A stretch of 60,906 nucleotides of DNA, filler included, from Sphacelaria rigidula (taxonomy: Eukaryota): assembly GCA_964200075.2 (NCBI GenBank). It is 10 parts of 10 records of this genome, joined end to end, with 100 filler letters (N's around TTAATTAATTAA, not from the genome) between each part and the next. Parts side by side here need not be neighbours in the genome. Positions count along the whole stretch, not along the records: positions 24,405 to 30,405 come from CAXNAA020022892.1; positions 30,506 to 36,506 come from CAXNAA020022893.1; positions 36,607 to 42,606 come from CAXNAA020022894.1; 7 more parts are not named here. One strand, written 5' to 3'. The translations under genes were made by a program, and so were the position numbers. Below the pieces are notes generated by a model. It did no database searches, had not been told where the DNA came from, and saw only the letters and a list, made by a program, of their open reading frames with translations. Of this stretch, positions 26,741 to 38,771 are shown in pieces; within the stretch, counting starts at the first letter, position 1; each line of letters starts with the position of its first letter.

Positions 26741-26940
26741 GTGGGGGGAGGGGGGGGGTACTCAGCATGTTACATGCCGTAGCCATATCCATTGACCTCG
26801 CATCTCTACGAGTACAGAGCCGGGACGGAGCATACCTGGTCTTCGTCGGACCAGGCTGGCAATTATTAATCAAGTGTGACGCGCCATGGTGTGTTCGGCG
26901 AGTCGCATGAAGGGTGAGCTGCATCCTGCTAAGAATGTTA
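26741..26940 (-). mobile_element. SINE-like family B copy with C-tail
   Basis: Reverse complement reads ccttcatgcgactcgccgaacacacc..gctccgtcccggc..gatgcgaggtcaatgg..gagtacccccccc. Confidence 0.7.
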
Positions 26941-29900
26941 TAATAGGCCTGGAGCGTGTTGATTATCTTGCAAATGGATAAGAACCTCCAATGACTTGCT
27001 TAATTTCCCGGTATCGCCACTCCTAGAGATAACCACGGATTCCACACTTGGTCCTCGGTGCCGTACTATTTGAAGATCACGTAGTATGATCATCCTCCTT
27101 TGGGCGGAATTGAGGTTCTGCCACCCCGCACTATGTGATCTAGGTCGACAACCATCGTGGTTACCGCGAAAAGAACGCAAGCGGAAAACAAAAGGTCAAC
27201 CTGGTAGTCAAGCGTACACAGTGAGTGGCATGTCTTACAGCTTCGTTGCCAACCGACGCCAAGCCCATGGGGACAGAGGGGAGGGGAAGGGGAAGGGGCT
27301 GTACTCACTACAAAAGATAGTGTGCGCCCATTTTAAGTGCTTGCATTTTGTGGGAGCTGTATAAAGGAGCTGAATATCGTGTACAGTGCATCGACTGCTG
27401 CTAGATCTCAGTATTATGTCATAATGATTTCGTTTCCGTGTCGGGACACTTGATGGAAAGTAAAGATACGTGGCGAGGTTGAATCTCGACATTTTGATAT
27501 ATTGCACAAGTTGCAATGAGTGTGGGTACCCTTGGTTGTATTGTATCAGGCTGTTGGATAGGGAAATGAAATGAGACGAAAAGGAAGCGGGGCCTTCTTG
27601 GATGAGCTGGGGGGGGCACGTCGGAGGCACACGACCCGTGCTATTTTTTTTCCAGGCGAAATGGAAGGAGAGTCAACAGAAACTTTCTTCATGAATCCTG
27701 AAGGCCAGTGTGAGGGTACGAGGAAGGCGAACGCGTGGTTCCTTCCCGATACGGAACTACCTCTGTCTATTCTGAGTACGTGCTGAGGCGAGTGGGGAAT
27801 TTGACCCAGCGGGTCTCCTCCTCACATTATTTGCAAACGAATCATTAGCGATACTAGCGGACATTCCTCGCGAAGCAGTCGTGACGGCGTACTAACCTGA
27901 ATCAACCAGAAATAATGGAGTAATGCAGCACGCCCCCCAGGCTCGCGCGCCCATAAAAGTGGGCGTCCGCAGTTTGTTTCTATTGAATGATTGATTGCCG
28001 CACTTTCACTGACCCCCCAGGGATCCAGCCGTGGTCACATGGTATGTAGGTATTCGAATATTACGCCGGGGTCGTTGAAACGTTCGAACGCAAATAAAGT
28101 TACCGGATACTATCCAGGATCATTCGGCACTGAATATTATAACACTTGAATCTCAATATGCCTTCGCTACGTGCGTGGTCTTGTCAAGACCGAAACCCAT
28201 GCTGCAAAAGAGGTTACAACCAAGAGTCCGAAATGCTGCGAGGGTTGGCCAAGATCTTGGAAAGTTGCTACGGGTCAGATAGATGTGCTTCCATGGACGG
28301 AGTCGGTGTCCGCTCTTCATGAACGCACGTGTTGTATTGGGAGGCACGAACTCATGTGGCACCTGTCATATGCATCCATCACCAACGCAGCCCATGGCGG
28401 CGACATACGAATAGGTACATGAATTTAGGTATTTTTTCTGAAAACATCTGCACGCCCAAAAAGAGGTCGGTCAGTAGGTATGTTCCACATTTCCTGTCCT
28501 GAGCTACCCTAGACACAATCGGAACCCACCACCCACCAGCATAGCAAAATCCACAAGGTACGATGCTACCTCCTACCGCACACAAACATGAGGTTACCGA
28601 AATAAGAAAGACACAGTAGCGCCAAGTCATAAACGTCGGCCAACACAAACACAAACGGGCTAATGTGGTGCGCGAACATCGCACGGGCTTTGCACGATGA
28701 CTGAACGTGTGGGCCCTCCTCTACTCAGAAGTGTTGACAGCAGGTTTTTGTTGTTGCTGGCAGATGGCACTGGGTTCTCCGCTATGAGTAATATGCGCTC
28801 CGCGTCGTCTTTTGTGTTTCCTTTATCTGAGCACCTAAACTTCATGTTTGGGGAGGGAAAGGAAGTGATTTGTGAAGAGAGTAATGCCGAACTCCATCAC
28901 TTCAGAGGACTCCTGTTCGTGGAAGGAGGAATGCAGTGCAAACTTCACACTGCGAGCTCACTCATACATTCCATCGATGACAGGAGTTGGAGATGAACCC
29001 CATATCCTATTTAGTGCCAAATCATACGAGTATGCAGGGTTAGGGTTAGAGGCACCTTTTCCGACGAAATTATGGAACGGGAACTAGAGGTGGGGTGGGG
29101 AGGAGGCGTGCGCTTTGTAGTGATAACATGTTAGTTCGTCGTCTTTGTCAAAAATTGGGCTTCAAAAATCAATCTCAAGCTGGAGGACACTATACTCCGC
29201 GCTTGTGGGTGCATCTGACGGGCGTTCTCCCAAATTATTGCCTAACCTACGGGATTCAATCACTAAGGCGGGGCGCTTGGACGGCACGATGAAGACAGCT
29301 TTACGCTTGTTTTGCGAAGAATAATCGAATGTGTAAATCACAGTCAACGGCGACAAGACTGGTCGTAGCCCTGGCCCTAGCGATGGTCAATCGATATTCT
29401 GAGCGGAAGCATCATGCTCTATACAGTATGGGCGACCGAATTGCTCAATTTCCATCATAAAACAAGCAACGCTATTTGATTTGTCGGAAGAGCTAAAAGC
29501 CGACAGCAGTTTGGTGATACTGTGTAATGAAGAGCAAGCGGTAGTATATTGCAGGGACGCAGCTTTCAACCCAGAGCACAAGCTTACGAGGCGAGAACAC
29601 AGCTGTCAGGCTGCTATAGCTTGTAGAAGCCGCACACGGGCTCAGCGTCCGAATGTCAGAAACGTATTTCATGCGGTGGTTCTTTTAACTTCTCCTTGAT
29701 TGCCCCCTTTCTAACTCCAGTACCCAATCAATCAATCCAAATATGTCTCCTCGATACTCCGACTTCTTTCTGCTCGGAAGCAAGGGTGGTGCAGGGATAG
29801 TGATCGATGGTGTAAGCTTTGGTCGTGTTCAGCGACCAAAGCCAATATCATCCCTGTAATGTACAGGTTCACATTCGTACCCGACCAACTCTGAACAGGC

Positions 29901-31399
29901 CTGCAGTCTTGTCTACCGAAACACAAGAAGGCAAACAGCCAGACTCGACAACGGGTCTGAAGCGGCGTGACAACAGGCTAATATGCGTCTTCATGACACT
30001 AACCCACCCAGACGAACCTTTATTACAGCGGCGAGGATTTATCCTCAAAGCAGCGAAAACTAAGGCTTTTCTTTAGTCGTAAAGTCATGAGCGGCTAATA
30101 AAGCATACCTTAAGGAACACTCTAGTACCTAACATTCCCGTACCAACAATCCTGTACCCACTCCCACACCTCAAAAGAAGGAAAGCATAGACTGCTTCGA
30201 GGAGCAGAAAAAAATGCTCCGAAAAACGGAAGCACAAACTGCTTCGGCGTGCTAGCGATCAACGAAGAAGCACAAATTGCTGGGGCGTCCTAGCAAAAGT
30301 TAAGCGGGGGAAACAGGGACGTACAACAGGGAGCAGAGCTTCAACCTGGGGGAAATCCAAAGGTGCTAAAAGCTGCAATATCGGAAATCTGAAAATCGGT
30401 GATCCNNNNNNNNNNNNNNNNNNNNNNNNNNNNNNNNNNNNNNNNNNNNTTAATTAATTAANNNNNNNNNNNNNNNNNNNNNNNNNNNNNNNNNNNNNNN
30501 NNNNNTTCGTTCTCTTCCTCGCTTTTCTTAGTTTTCCTCCGCTCCCCCCAGCACCGGGGGGGGGAGGGGGGGGGGGGGGGGGGGGGGGGGGCAGGATCGA
30601 TGGCATCACGGTAGAGCTTGGGCGAGAAGCTTACGCATCCGCCCTTCCCTTATCCATGAACGCTTTCCGCCACTGTGACACCAGCCTAAATGGGCGCTGC
30701 TGAGCACCCAAAAGGAGGCGTTGTCTTTCTCGGATCGAGTGGGATTCCCCGTGCTCGTTCGACCTTCCTTTGTGCTGTCGGGAGCGGCGATGGCCGTAGC
30801 CAGCAACAAATCGGAATTGGAGGTGAGAGGGAGGCACGCGCGGGGCTGGCCAGGCAGGTAGCAGGTTCAGCTTTTTCCCTGGACACATGGAGTATACCTT
30901 GGACATTGCTTAGTAAAGTACATGGCATAACTGCAGAGGAAGTACAGTAGCCAAAGCATGAACGATGTAGAAGCATAATTGTGATTTGATCAGATGTCGA
31001 AACAAGTTTAAACCTCTTGAGTGGTGAACAACAAAACAGTGGACCTGAAGATATGTTAGCATGCAATGGTTGGTGCTCGAGTTTACTTGATTCCAGGCTC
31101 AAAAAAGTTTTGAGAAAAGTAATGTTTTGGGGCAGGTGAGCAGTAGACGCAGGTCGTCCACAACGTGTTTTCGTCCGTAATCGGCACCTGGGCGTCGATT
31201 TGAGCTCTGCCAACGCACGCTTTGCCTAGGGAAAACCTTGCACCTCCCTTGCCCGAGGGTTGACGGCACCTCCGTAGTATCAACCATTGTGTACGAACAT
31301 TTCTTTAGATCCTCTCCAACAAAATCCATGTCAATGAAAGAGAGGGTCCCTGTCTTGTAGTCGGGTTGTCGAAAATGTTACAACGGTCTAACGAATTAC

Positions 31400-31645
31400 T
31401 AATTCGTCTGAGAATTACTGTGTTTTTTTAGTGTTATTGGTTCGTACGGTACGAATCAATCCTTGAGCTTTGTTTTCAGGGTTCCAACCCAGGTACGCGT
31501 GGCCCAGGGGCGTGGAATAGCGCAAAAAATGCGTTGATATCATTTTGACCAGCGGTCAACTTTTTTTCTCTTTTTCGAGCAATCACGCCTGAAAAATCGT
31601 AGATTAGGTGATCCGAACCGGCGATGATCCGTCCGAACCGTGAAA
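31400..31645. repeat. Dispersed repeat shared with ~56870-57105
   Basis: Collinear blocks ttcgtac.gt.cgaatcaatc, caacccaggtacgcg, tttgaccagcggtc.act and cgtccgaaccgtgaa in two contigs. Confidence 0.7.
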
Positions 31646-32666
31646 TGTTAGGTCGATGCCCAAATAAGCGTCCGAACGACGGGTCTGAGAAACCTTCGTC
31701 TCGGATTATATACCATAAGTCTCATGTTGTAGAGGTGGGGATGAGGGGGCCTGAACCATTTCCTGCACAAATTGATGGGGAGATGAAATATGTCAGGTGT
31801 AGTATTATAGTGGTTCGGATGAAAAGAGGTATGAAGGAGAATCATGAAAGGAGAAAAAATGCGCCAAAAATACTACCGCTTGCTTAATTTTTTAGTACAG
31901 CTTCACATCCCCTCGTGGGGTATTTCTTCACGAGGTACATGCGACTTTTGACAGAATTCTTGATCTAATATACCTCTGTAGACTATCCACGTGTTGAAAA
32001 TCCTGTATCCATGTGTCTGCCTGGGTGTGTATTTTTCTGGTGGTACCGAGCGCGTTATGGAGAAAAAAGGCAGTCCCTGGATAATGGCTGGGCACCGTGC
32101 CGTGTAGGTGGCTAACAACCGCCCTGTCATGTTCCATTTTCCCCCCTTCCCCTTGTGACTGGACTGTCCACCACGGGTCTGAGCATTAAGGGCTAACACG
32201 ATTATGATCATAAAAAGATACAGTAATTGAGTGAAGACAGCATTTTGTGTGTATTGGTGTGATCGACGTACTGTTTCAACCGTTTCAACCCCCCCTGCCC
32301 CCCTCCCATCATGAGTACACTCCCCCCTCCCCCCTCCCGCCTGTTCCTGGGGACCACGAATGAATCCCGGGCCCTATCGTTTCGAATGATCATCAGATTT
32401 CTCTCCCCCCCCGGTATTGATAGTCGATGTCATCCGTTGGATCGCAACAATTCTCAACCCTTAAACCGCGGTGCACGTAGTCCATCTGGATCACGCGTAC
32501 TTTTTTCAAGTGAATATTGATGCCGATTCAGCAGATGACCTACCCTTGCGTTTAGAGGGTTGTGCCCGTCGTAGACTCGTCGTCGCATCATTTTTTTTAT
32601 CATCTGTCTCTTGTATGTGTGCTTTTCGTGTAACCCTAACCCTAACCCTTTTGTTGGTGTGGACAG

Positions 32667-32810
32667 AAATTCCTGTTCGCGGCGGGTGAGCTGGCGCAAG
32701 ACAAGCCCGTGGTGGTGAGCAAGTTTATCCTCAACGCGAAGGAAATCGAGTTCGACGGAGTCGCCCAGGAAGGGAAGATCCTCAACTACGCCATCAGCGA
32801 GCACGTCGAG
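32667..32810 (+). CDS. Carbamoyl-phosphate synthetase, synthetase (CarB-like) domain exon
   Basis: AG|KFLFAAGELAQDKPVVVSKFILNAKEIEFDGVAQEGKILNYAISEHVE|GT. 144 bp, phase 0. Confidence 0.93.
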
Positions 32811-33067
32811 GTGTGTGGTAGCATCATCGGCAAGGCTGTTAACGGCGGAAGGTTGAGGGTTGGATTCCCTCGCAGATTGCTTTGGTAGTGTTGGGGTTGG
32901 TTTGTTGTTGTTGGGGTCGCACATCGACAACCGTTTCGATCTCTGCGCAGTACCTTCGAACACCCGTGATGGTTATCTGATACAGACGCCTCCCGGGGTC
33001 ACATAATTCTTTTTTTTCCTTCTCGTTTTTTTGGTAGGAGTATCTGTTTTCCGAGTCATCCTACGAT

Positions 33068-34490
33068 GGGGGGGGGAGGGGAGTACTCATTTGTTACTTC
33101 CCTTGGTCGTTTTATCGTTGGACATGCGTCCCTCTCTAGTCGTTGCACCGCTACTACTCCTGATAAATACACCTCCAACATTCGGGCGCTCATGACGTTT
33201 CTTCCGTACATGACGCTAAACACCCATTGCATATATTGCCCCCCCCCCCCCTGATCCGCTGTCTGAGGCTACCACATCTCCTCCTAGTACAGCGATCGTT
33301 TTCTCCCCACTGTCTAATGTGTCAAACGCTTTCATGCCACTTTCGTTGGCTTCCCACAAATGCCCCTCTAGCACGTCCCGTCCCTCCTCTGTATAGTCCA
33401 CATTCTGTCACTGTATGAGTTGTGCTCTATATTGCATTGCCACATGGAAAATTCTGTGCATCTAGTTCCTCGTCCACTCGACTGCTGGTATACCTCTTCC
33501 TTCTCTCTGACAGGTCCAGATCTTCTACCCGTGATGGCAGTTTCGATTCTTTCGCGGGGTCTATTGAGCCATGTAGATGTCTTTCTATTCCCATCCCCTC
33601 TCTCAACCCCCCGCATATCTTGAGGTGCTCTTCCTCATCTACTTCTACGTGTTGGCGCTTATTTTCCCCTTATTTTTATCATGTCTCTCACTTTTATCTA
33701 GTACCCCCGACATTCACCTATGGACATTATCTCGTCTTGAATTCCTCCCATGCCCTTCCATACTTTCTCGACTACGCTATCCCACCTTATTTCAGGCATC
33801 CCTAACAACTACGGCTGACTCTTTCTTGGCATGCTCCTTGCTATATTGCTATTTCAGTTTGTCGTGTCCATTTGTTTATAGTGGGTGCAGTCCTAAGTCT
33901 GCTCTCAATGCTGTATTACTCGTCGTTTTTAGCTTCCACGTAATTTCTTAGCTGCCGTCATCTGTACTGTTTTCAGCTTCTTGACCAACTTCACGTTCAT
34001 CAGCGTACATCTCTTGATCCTACTATGTAGGTGCGAGTTTCTAAGGATCACATCCATCCTGCTTATCTACGCGTTACCCTTTTCTATTACTTTATTCATG
34101 TCTGCATCCCAAGAACAGGTTTTTGAGATCTCTACGCCAAGATATGTATACTAGTCTACGATCTGCAATTCCTCTTCTCCCCACTTCCATATGAACTCTA
34201 CCGGGTTTTCCTCATTTTCTTTGCATTCAAGTATCGCGCGTTTGTTTACGTTCGCTGTAATTCTCCAATTCCACGTGTATTTTAGCGTCTTCTCTATGCA
34301 ATGCTCCTGATGTTTCTGATTTCCCTCACCAAATCATCCGCGAACATCAATCCCGATACCTGATCTTTCCCCACCTTGACCCTTTGCTTTGCTGCTTCTA
34401 ATGCTATTATCAAATCATCAAAAAAATACCTTGAACAAAGTGGGTGACAGCGTACATCCTCGTGCAACTCCTTTCAAAATCTCAACATAG
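33068..34490 (-). mobile_element. 5'-truncated, decayed LINE (family A), antisense in a CPS intron
   Basis: Minus-strand remnants KGVARGCTLSPTLFK, GLMFADDL and YTYLGVEI (non-LTR RT motifs), then a degenerate C-terminal zinc knuckle (PCGNAI..TTHTVTECGLY). Many stops and frameshifts. 3' end caaatgagtactcccctcccccccc. Confidence 0.88.
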
Positions 34491-34519
34491 GTGTGTCAGA
34501 CGACCGAACACACTCCCCA

Positions 34520-34623
34520 TCAAGCCTGCTCCGGCGAAAACCCGGCGTGCTCTGCCCCGGTTTTGTTGGGATGCCAAGTCAATTGCCTCATGACTGGCAT
34601 CCATGATCATGAGTCCACCCCCT
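34520..34623 (+). mobile_element. SINE-like family B 3' fragment
   Basis: ccggcgaaaacccggcgtgctc..gatcatgagtccaccccc. Confidence 0.7.
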
Positions 34624-34928
34624 TCATGGCCGGACTCTCCCGTCGTCAGAAAAAGGATGGCGTTTGAGGAATAAAAATATATATTCCACGAAAAGTCGAC
34701 GCGGTGCGCGCAGGAGATCTAAACTAATCCCGTTTCTTGATTTTTGTCGTCAGCGAGGGTTTGGTTAATTTCAGATCACATGGTGGGTGGGCTCTTGTTC
34801 CTCCCCCACGTGGGATGTCCAACTTTTTATTTTATTTTATCGAATGACAGCTGGTTCGTCCTGTCTTGCTGTTTTCTATCTTGTTTTTATAATTATTATT
34901 TGATGGTTATTTTCGTTGATGATCGCAG

Positions 34929-35093
34929 AACGCTGGTGTGCACTCGGGAGACGCTACGCTGCTGCTGCCTGCCCAAAAGCTGTGGGTGGAGACTATCCGA
35001 CGCGTGAAGAGGGTGGCCTCTGCCATTTGCAAGGCCCTCAACATATCAGGACCGTTCAACATACAGCTCATGGCTAAGGAACAGGACATCAAG
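34929..35093 (+). CDS. Carbamoyl-phosphate synthetase exon
   Basis: AG|NAGVHSGDATLLLPAQKLWVETIRRVKRVASAICKALNISGPFNIQLMAKEQDIK|GT. Completes the EHVENAGVHSGD signature. 165 bp. Confidence 0.95.
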
Positions 35094-35384
35094 GTATATG
35101 GTAAAAATAACAAGAACTGTAAATTAGCATCGATTATTATTTTTTCCGTTTTTTTTTTTCTTAGTTCACCCTGTTAATCTGACCTACCTTTTCTGTCTCT
35201 TTTTTTTTTCCCCTCCTCCTCTTAAGCGAATGTTTTAGTTTTTTCTTCTCTCGTGTACGCCTATCGTGTGGACAATGACCAAGCTGGATCATGACTTCCT
35301 CGGGGGTCAGTTAAAGTACGACAATCACGCACCGGTTGGATAATGTTATGTGGGGTGGAGAACCTCAACTCTGCGCTAAGGGGA

Positions 35385-35703
35385 TAATCATACTACAGAC
35401 ACCCATGAGGCAGCGTGCAACCCCTGGCTGTCTCGGGAAGTGCTGATACCAAAAAATGAAGTGACTGATCGTAGGCTGTTATCCATACGCAAGCTAATCA
35501 TTACGCTTCGGGTCGAACTATCTGGGTAACATTTAGCACCCCTCATGCAACTCGCCGAACACATCACGGCGCTCCGCGCTTTGTGATATATTGCGAGTCT
35601 GGTCCGGCGAAAGCAGGGCGTGCTCCGTCCCGGCTTTGTAGGGATGCGAGGTCAACGGTCTCGTGACTACGGAGTGCAAGATCATGAATACCCCCCCCCC
35701 CCT
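35385..35703 (+). mobile_element. SINE-like family B, longest copy in the window, C12 tail (5' limit uncertain)
   Basis: Ends gcgtgctccgtcccggctttgtagggatgcgaggtcaacggtc..gatcatgaata followed by C12. Confidence 0.72.
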
Positions 35704-36125
35704 GTCGGATGGAGACTGTTGTTGAGTTAGGAAGTGAAGGTCGGAATGTCCGTCAAGCGGATGGGTTGCAAAATCATGGAGCGGAAAGAGAGTCCCTGAA
35801 TATTTTTTCAGTCTTTTATTGTTGTATTTACTTTACTTTCGTGAAATCTGCAGGGACGAAGCATGGTCGAAGTAGCTGGTGTCATGCACCAGAAACACAC
35901 CAATGTCTTTTTATGGGAGAAAAGTTCGACACTACAATATAATAGTGGTGCAAGCCTAAGACAACCAATGATAACGACACCCGACTAGGAGTCACCAGAC
36001 AGCAACAACGACGACGACAATAACAACAGGCAGGATATTTGCATACGATACCGATCTAACCCCTCGGAACCGCATGCTCCTGCGTTGAAATTTACACGTT
36101 GCTTCGTCGTCTGGATGCTGTTCAG

Positions 36126-36281
36126 GTGATCGAATGCAACCTGCGAGCGTCCCGTACGTTCCCGTTCATCTCCAAGACCCTCGATTGCAATTTCATCACC
36201 CTATCCACGAGGGTCATGCTTGGCGTGAAGGCGACGCCGTACACCATCAGCCTTCTGGACATCGATTACGTCGCGGTCAAG
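36126..36281 (+). CDS. Carbamoyl-phosphate synthetase exon
   Basis: AG|VIECNLRASRTFPFISKTLDCNFITLSTRVMLG..DYVAVK|GT. Carries the CPS signature IECNxRASR. 156 bp. Confidence 0.95.
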
Positions 36282-36431
36282 GTGTGTAACAGACGATTGT
36301 GCACGGTGGGTTAATGGCGCACTGACCGGCGTCTAGTTTCCGAACACCACCCTGTTTTCTCGGGCGACAGTGCGCCGAAGATCGCAAAGGCACGTCAAGT
36401 TTTGCCACGATAGTCGCCCCTCCCTCCAATT

Positions 36432-36506
36432 TGGTCCGGCGAGAACCCGGTGTGCTCCGTCCCGGCTTTGTAGGGATGCGAGGTCGATGTTCTCATGACT
36501 ATGGCA
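36432..36506 (+). mobile_element. SINE-like family B fragment at contig end
   Basis: ggtccggcgagaacccggtgtgctccgtcccggctttgtagggatgcgaggtc. Confidence 0.7.
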
Positions 36507-36606
36507 NNNNNNNNNNNNNNNNNNNNNNNNNNNNNNNNNNNNNNNNNNNNTTAATTAATTAANNNNNNNNNNNNNNNNNNNNNNNNNNNNNNNNNNNNNN
36601 NNNNNN

Positions 36607-36878
36607 GGTTAGGGTTAGTGTTGGGGTCGAGGTCAGGGGCGTGGTACCTCCAGGGACTGACCCGATTAATTTTGAAAAACGTCGATCCTGAGGTGTTTTG
36701 AACTACGGTGCGGTCCTCTAAGCACGCGGTCCCCTCACGCATTACAGTTAGTGTCGGGGTTATGGTCAGGGGCGTGGTACCTGCAGGGACTGGCCCGATT
36801 AGTTTTGAAAAAAATCGATCCTGCCGTGATTTGAACTACGGCGCGGTCCTCTAAGCACACGGTCCTCTCACGCATTAC
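36607..36878. mobile_element. Two tandem partial MITE T copies
   Basis: Two head-to-tail ~135-bp units, each ending ggtcctctaagcac.cggtcc.ctcacgcattac. Confidence 0.8.
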
Positions 36879-38012
36879 GGCTTGTGTAATGTCTGCTGAA
36901 CTTCTCTCGTGTTCACAAAAAATGAAGGCAAGCACCGCAGAAGGAAGGTGGAGAAATATGAACGAACAAAAAAGGAAAAACTCCTGCGTTGGCCTTCCTC
37001 CTGTGTGAACATGGCTGGTGCACCCTCGTATACCGTAAGGTGTAGATCGGCGCCCGAAATAAATGAGACGGGTTAGGGTTAGGGTTAGGACCGCATCGGA
37101 ATTTGAACATTCCTATGGTTAGGGTTAGGGTTCGTTAATGACCGCACCTGGGGATGAAATACGCTCGAGAGGGTATTATACACTCGAGAGGATGAAAATC
37201 GCGATAGATTATTCCTTTGAGGGTACCCGAATGGCCGCGTGGGCATGAACTGAGCCAACCGGGGTGACCGGTTGGTCACGCACGTCATTGCTTTTCAAGT
37301 GAAATTGATGCTAATTCGACAGTAGTTGATGCTCGCTCGCCGTCAAAGGCAAAATAATGCAAAATTATCAGATGGTCGGAAGCAATGACTGCGAATTGTT
37401 TTTTGTGTGAACATCGATCATGTCCACATCCCTGATAATGGATATCCATGAACATTTATGATGGATATCAGATCCATCAAGGATCAGATGAGACGAATAC
37501 CCACACCCAACGACATTTTCGTGAGATGAGGAGTAGAGCGTTGATTGCGAGTAGGTTTTGTTATTCGCTTTGACTTGGCCAGCTTTCCACTCCCTTGTGC
37601 CTTTCTTTGCTTGTAACACTGGCGTGTGCCTACAGCTACACGTCGATATCCTACGCAAAGATACCAAGGGCCTTAGTGGCAAGCTACTACAAAAGGCGTG
37701 CCGGGCCCCGTGGAGGGTAATTTCGGAACTGAAACGATTCATTCATTGATTGGCTGCTTCTTACTCTCAATCGTATCCTCTACTACAAATCTCACGAAAA
37801 CACTGTTATCCTAAATCCATCGCGGATATCGCAGATGTATACACATACTCATGGATACAAGCCTCCGTGTACGTGCCTGAATGTGGTGGAAATTCGTTCG
37901 TGTACACCTGAATCATGAGTTTGTCCATCACACGACTGCTTTTTTCCCGCGCTAACCTCAACCTCAGTTCATCAACTCCATTTTTTTCATCATGCCCTTT
38001 TTTCAATGACAG

Positions 38013-38185
38013 GGTTTCACCGTCGATGGGCTCGTGGGTACCGAGGATGCGGCCGATTCGTACATCGATAAGTGCATTTTTGTGATGGGTGACGACATCC
38101 CCAGCATTATTGAATATGAAGGAGAGGAAGTGGAGAGCTCCATCACGGGATTCATTCTAAATGATATGGCGATCATGAACTGCGG
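38013..38185 (+). CDS. Right-handed parallel beta-helix (pectin-lyase fold) protein exon, FirrV-1-B30-like
   Basis: AG|GFTVDGLVGTEDAADSYIDKCIFVMG..SSITGFILNDMAIMNCG|GTGAG. Phase 2, matching the next exon. Confidence 0.8.
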
Positions 38186-38438
38186 GTGAGGCACACATAT
38201 ATGTCGACAGAAGACGTCGATAGGGTCAAAAACCGAGTGCACAGTTGATAGGATGAAGGTTCAACAAACTACACACCACAACTGAAAGGATTCGAATCGC
38301 ACAGAATTTCAAGATGTCGAAGAGAAAGTACCGAATTTTTGGGAAAAGCTATACTACTCGAGATGGCGGTGGTAACTCACGAAATATGTGCAGAATGCAG
38401 TGGCCTGAAGTTCAACGTCGTTGCCCGTGAACTCGCAG

Positions 38439-38771
38439 GGGGGAGTGCGTACGCCTGAAGAACTATGTGACGTTCTCAGAGATAACAGATAATAATATCA
38501 CAAACTGTGGCGTACACGACTTCATCTACGACCAAGGCGGAGAAAACGGTGAAGCGATCTACGTCGGGACTTCGAGCAACCAGTGGTCTGATGGTCCTGA
38601 CGGCACCAACTACAACATCATCAGCGGCAACACCATCACGACCAACGCGAATGAGTGCGTCGACATGAAAGAAGGCGCCACGGGCAACGTCATCGAATAC
38701 AACGAATGTTTTAACCAGCTCGATCCCGACTCCGGTTGCTACGACTCCAGGGGCAGCGGAAATGTAATCAG
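38439..38771 (+). CDS. Right-handed parallel beta-helix protein exon, FirrV-1-B30-like
   Basis: GECVRLKNYVTFSEITDNNITNCG..NGEAIYVGTSSNQW..NIISGNTITTNANECVDMKEGATGNVIEYNEC..SGCYDSRGSGNVIR|GT, with PbH1-type repeats. The family name is recalled from brown algal/phaeovirus annotations, not searched. Confidence 0.82.

Noticed and set aside
37070..37130. TTAGGG runs (also 17428-17446 and 32632-32648) as true telomeres
   Set aside because: Only about three units each, internal, and mostly part of MITE T-related sequence.
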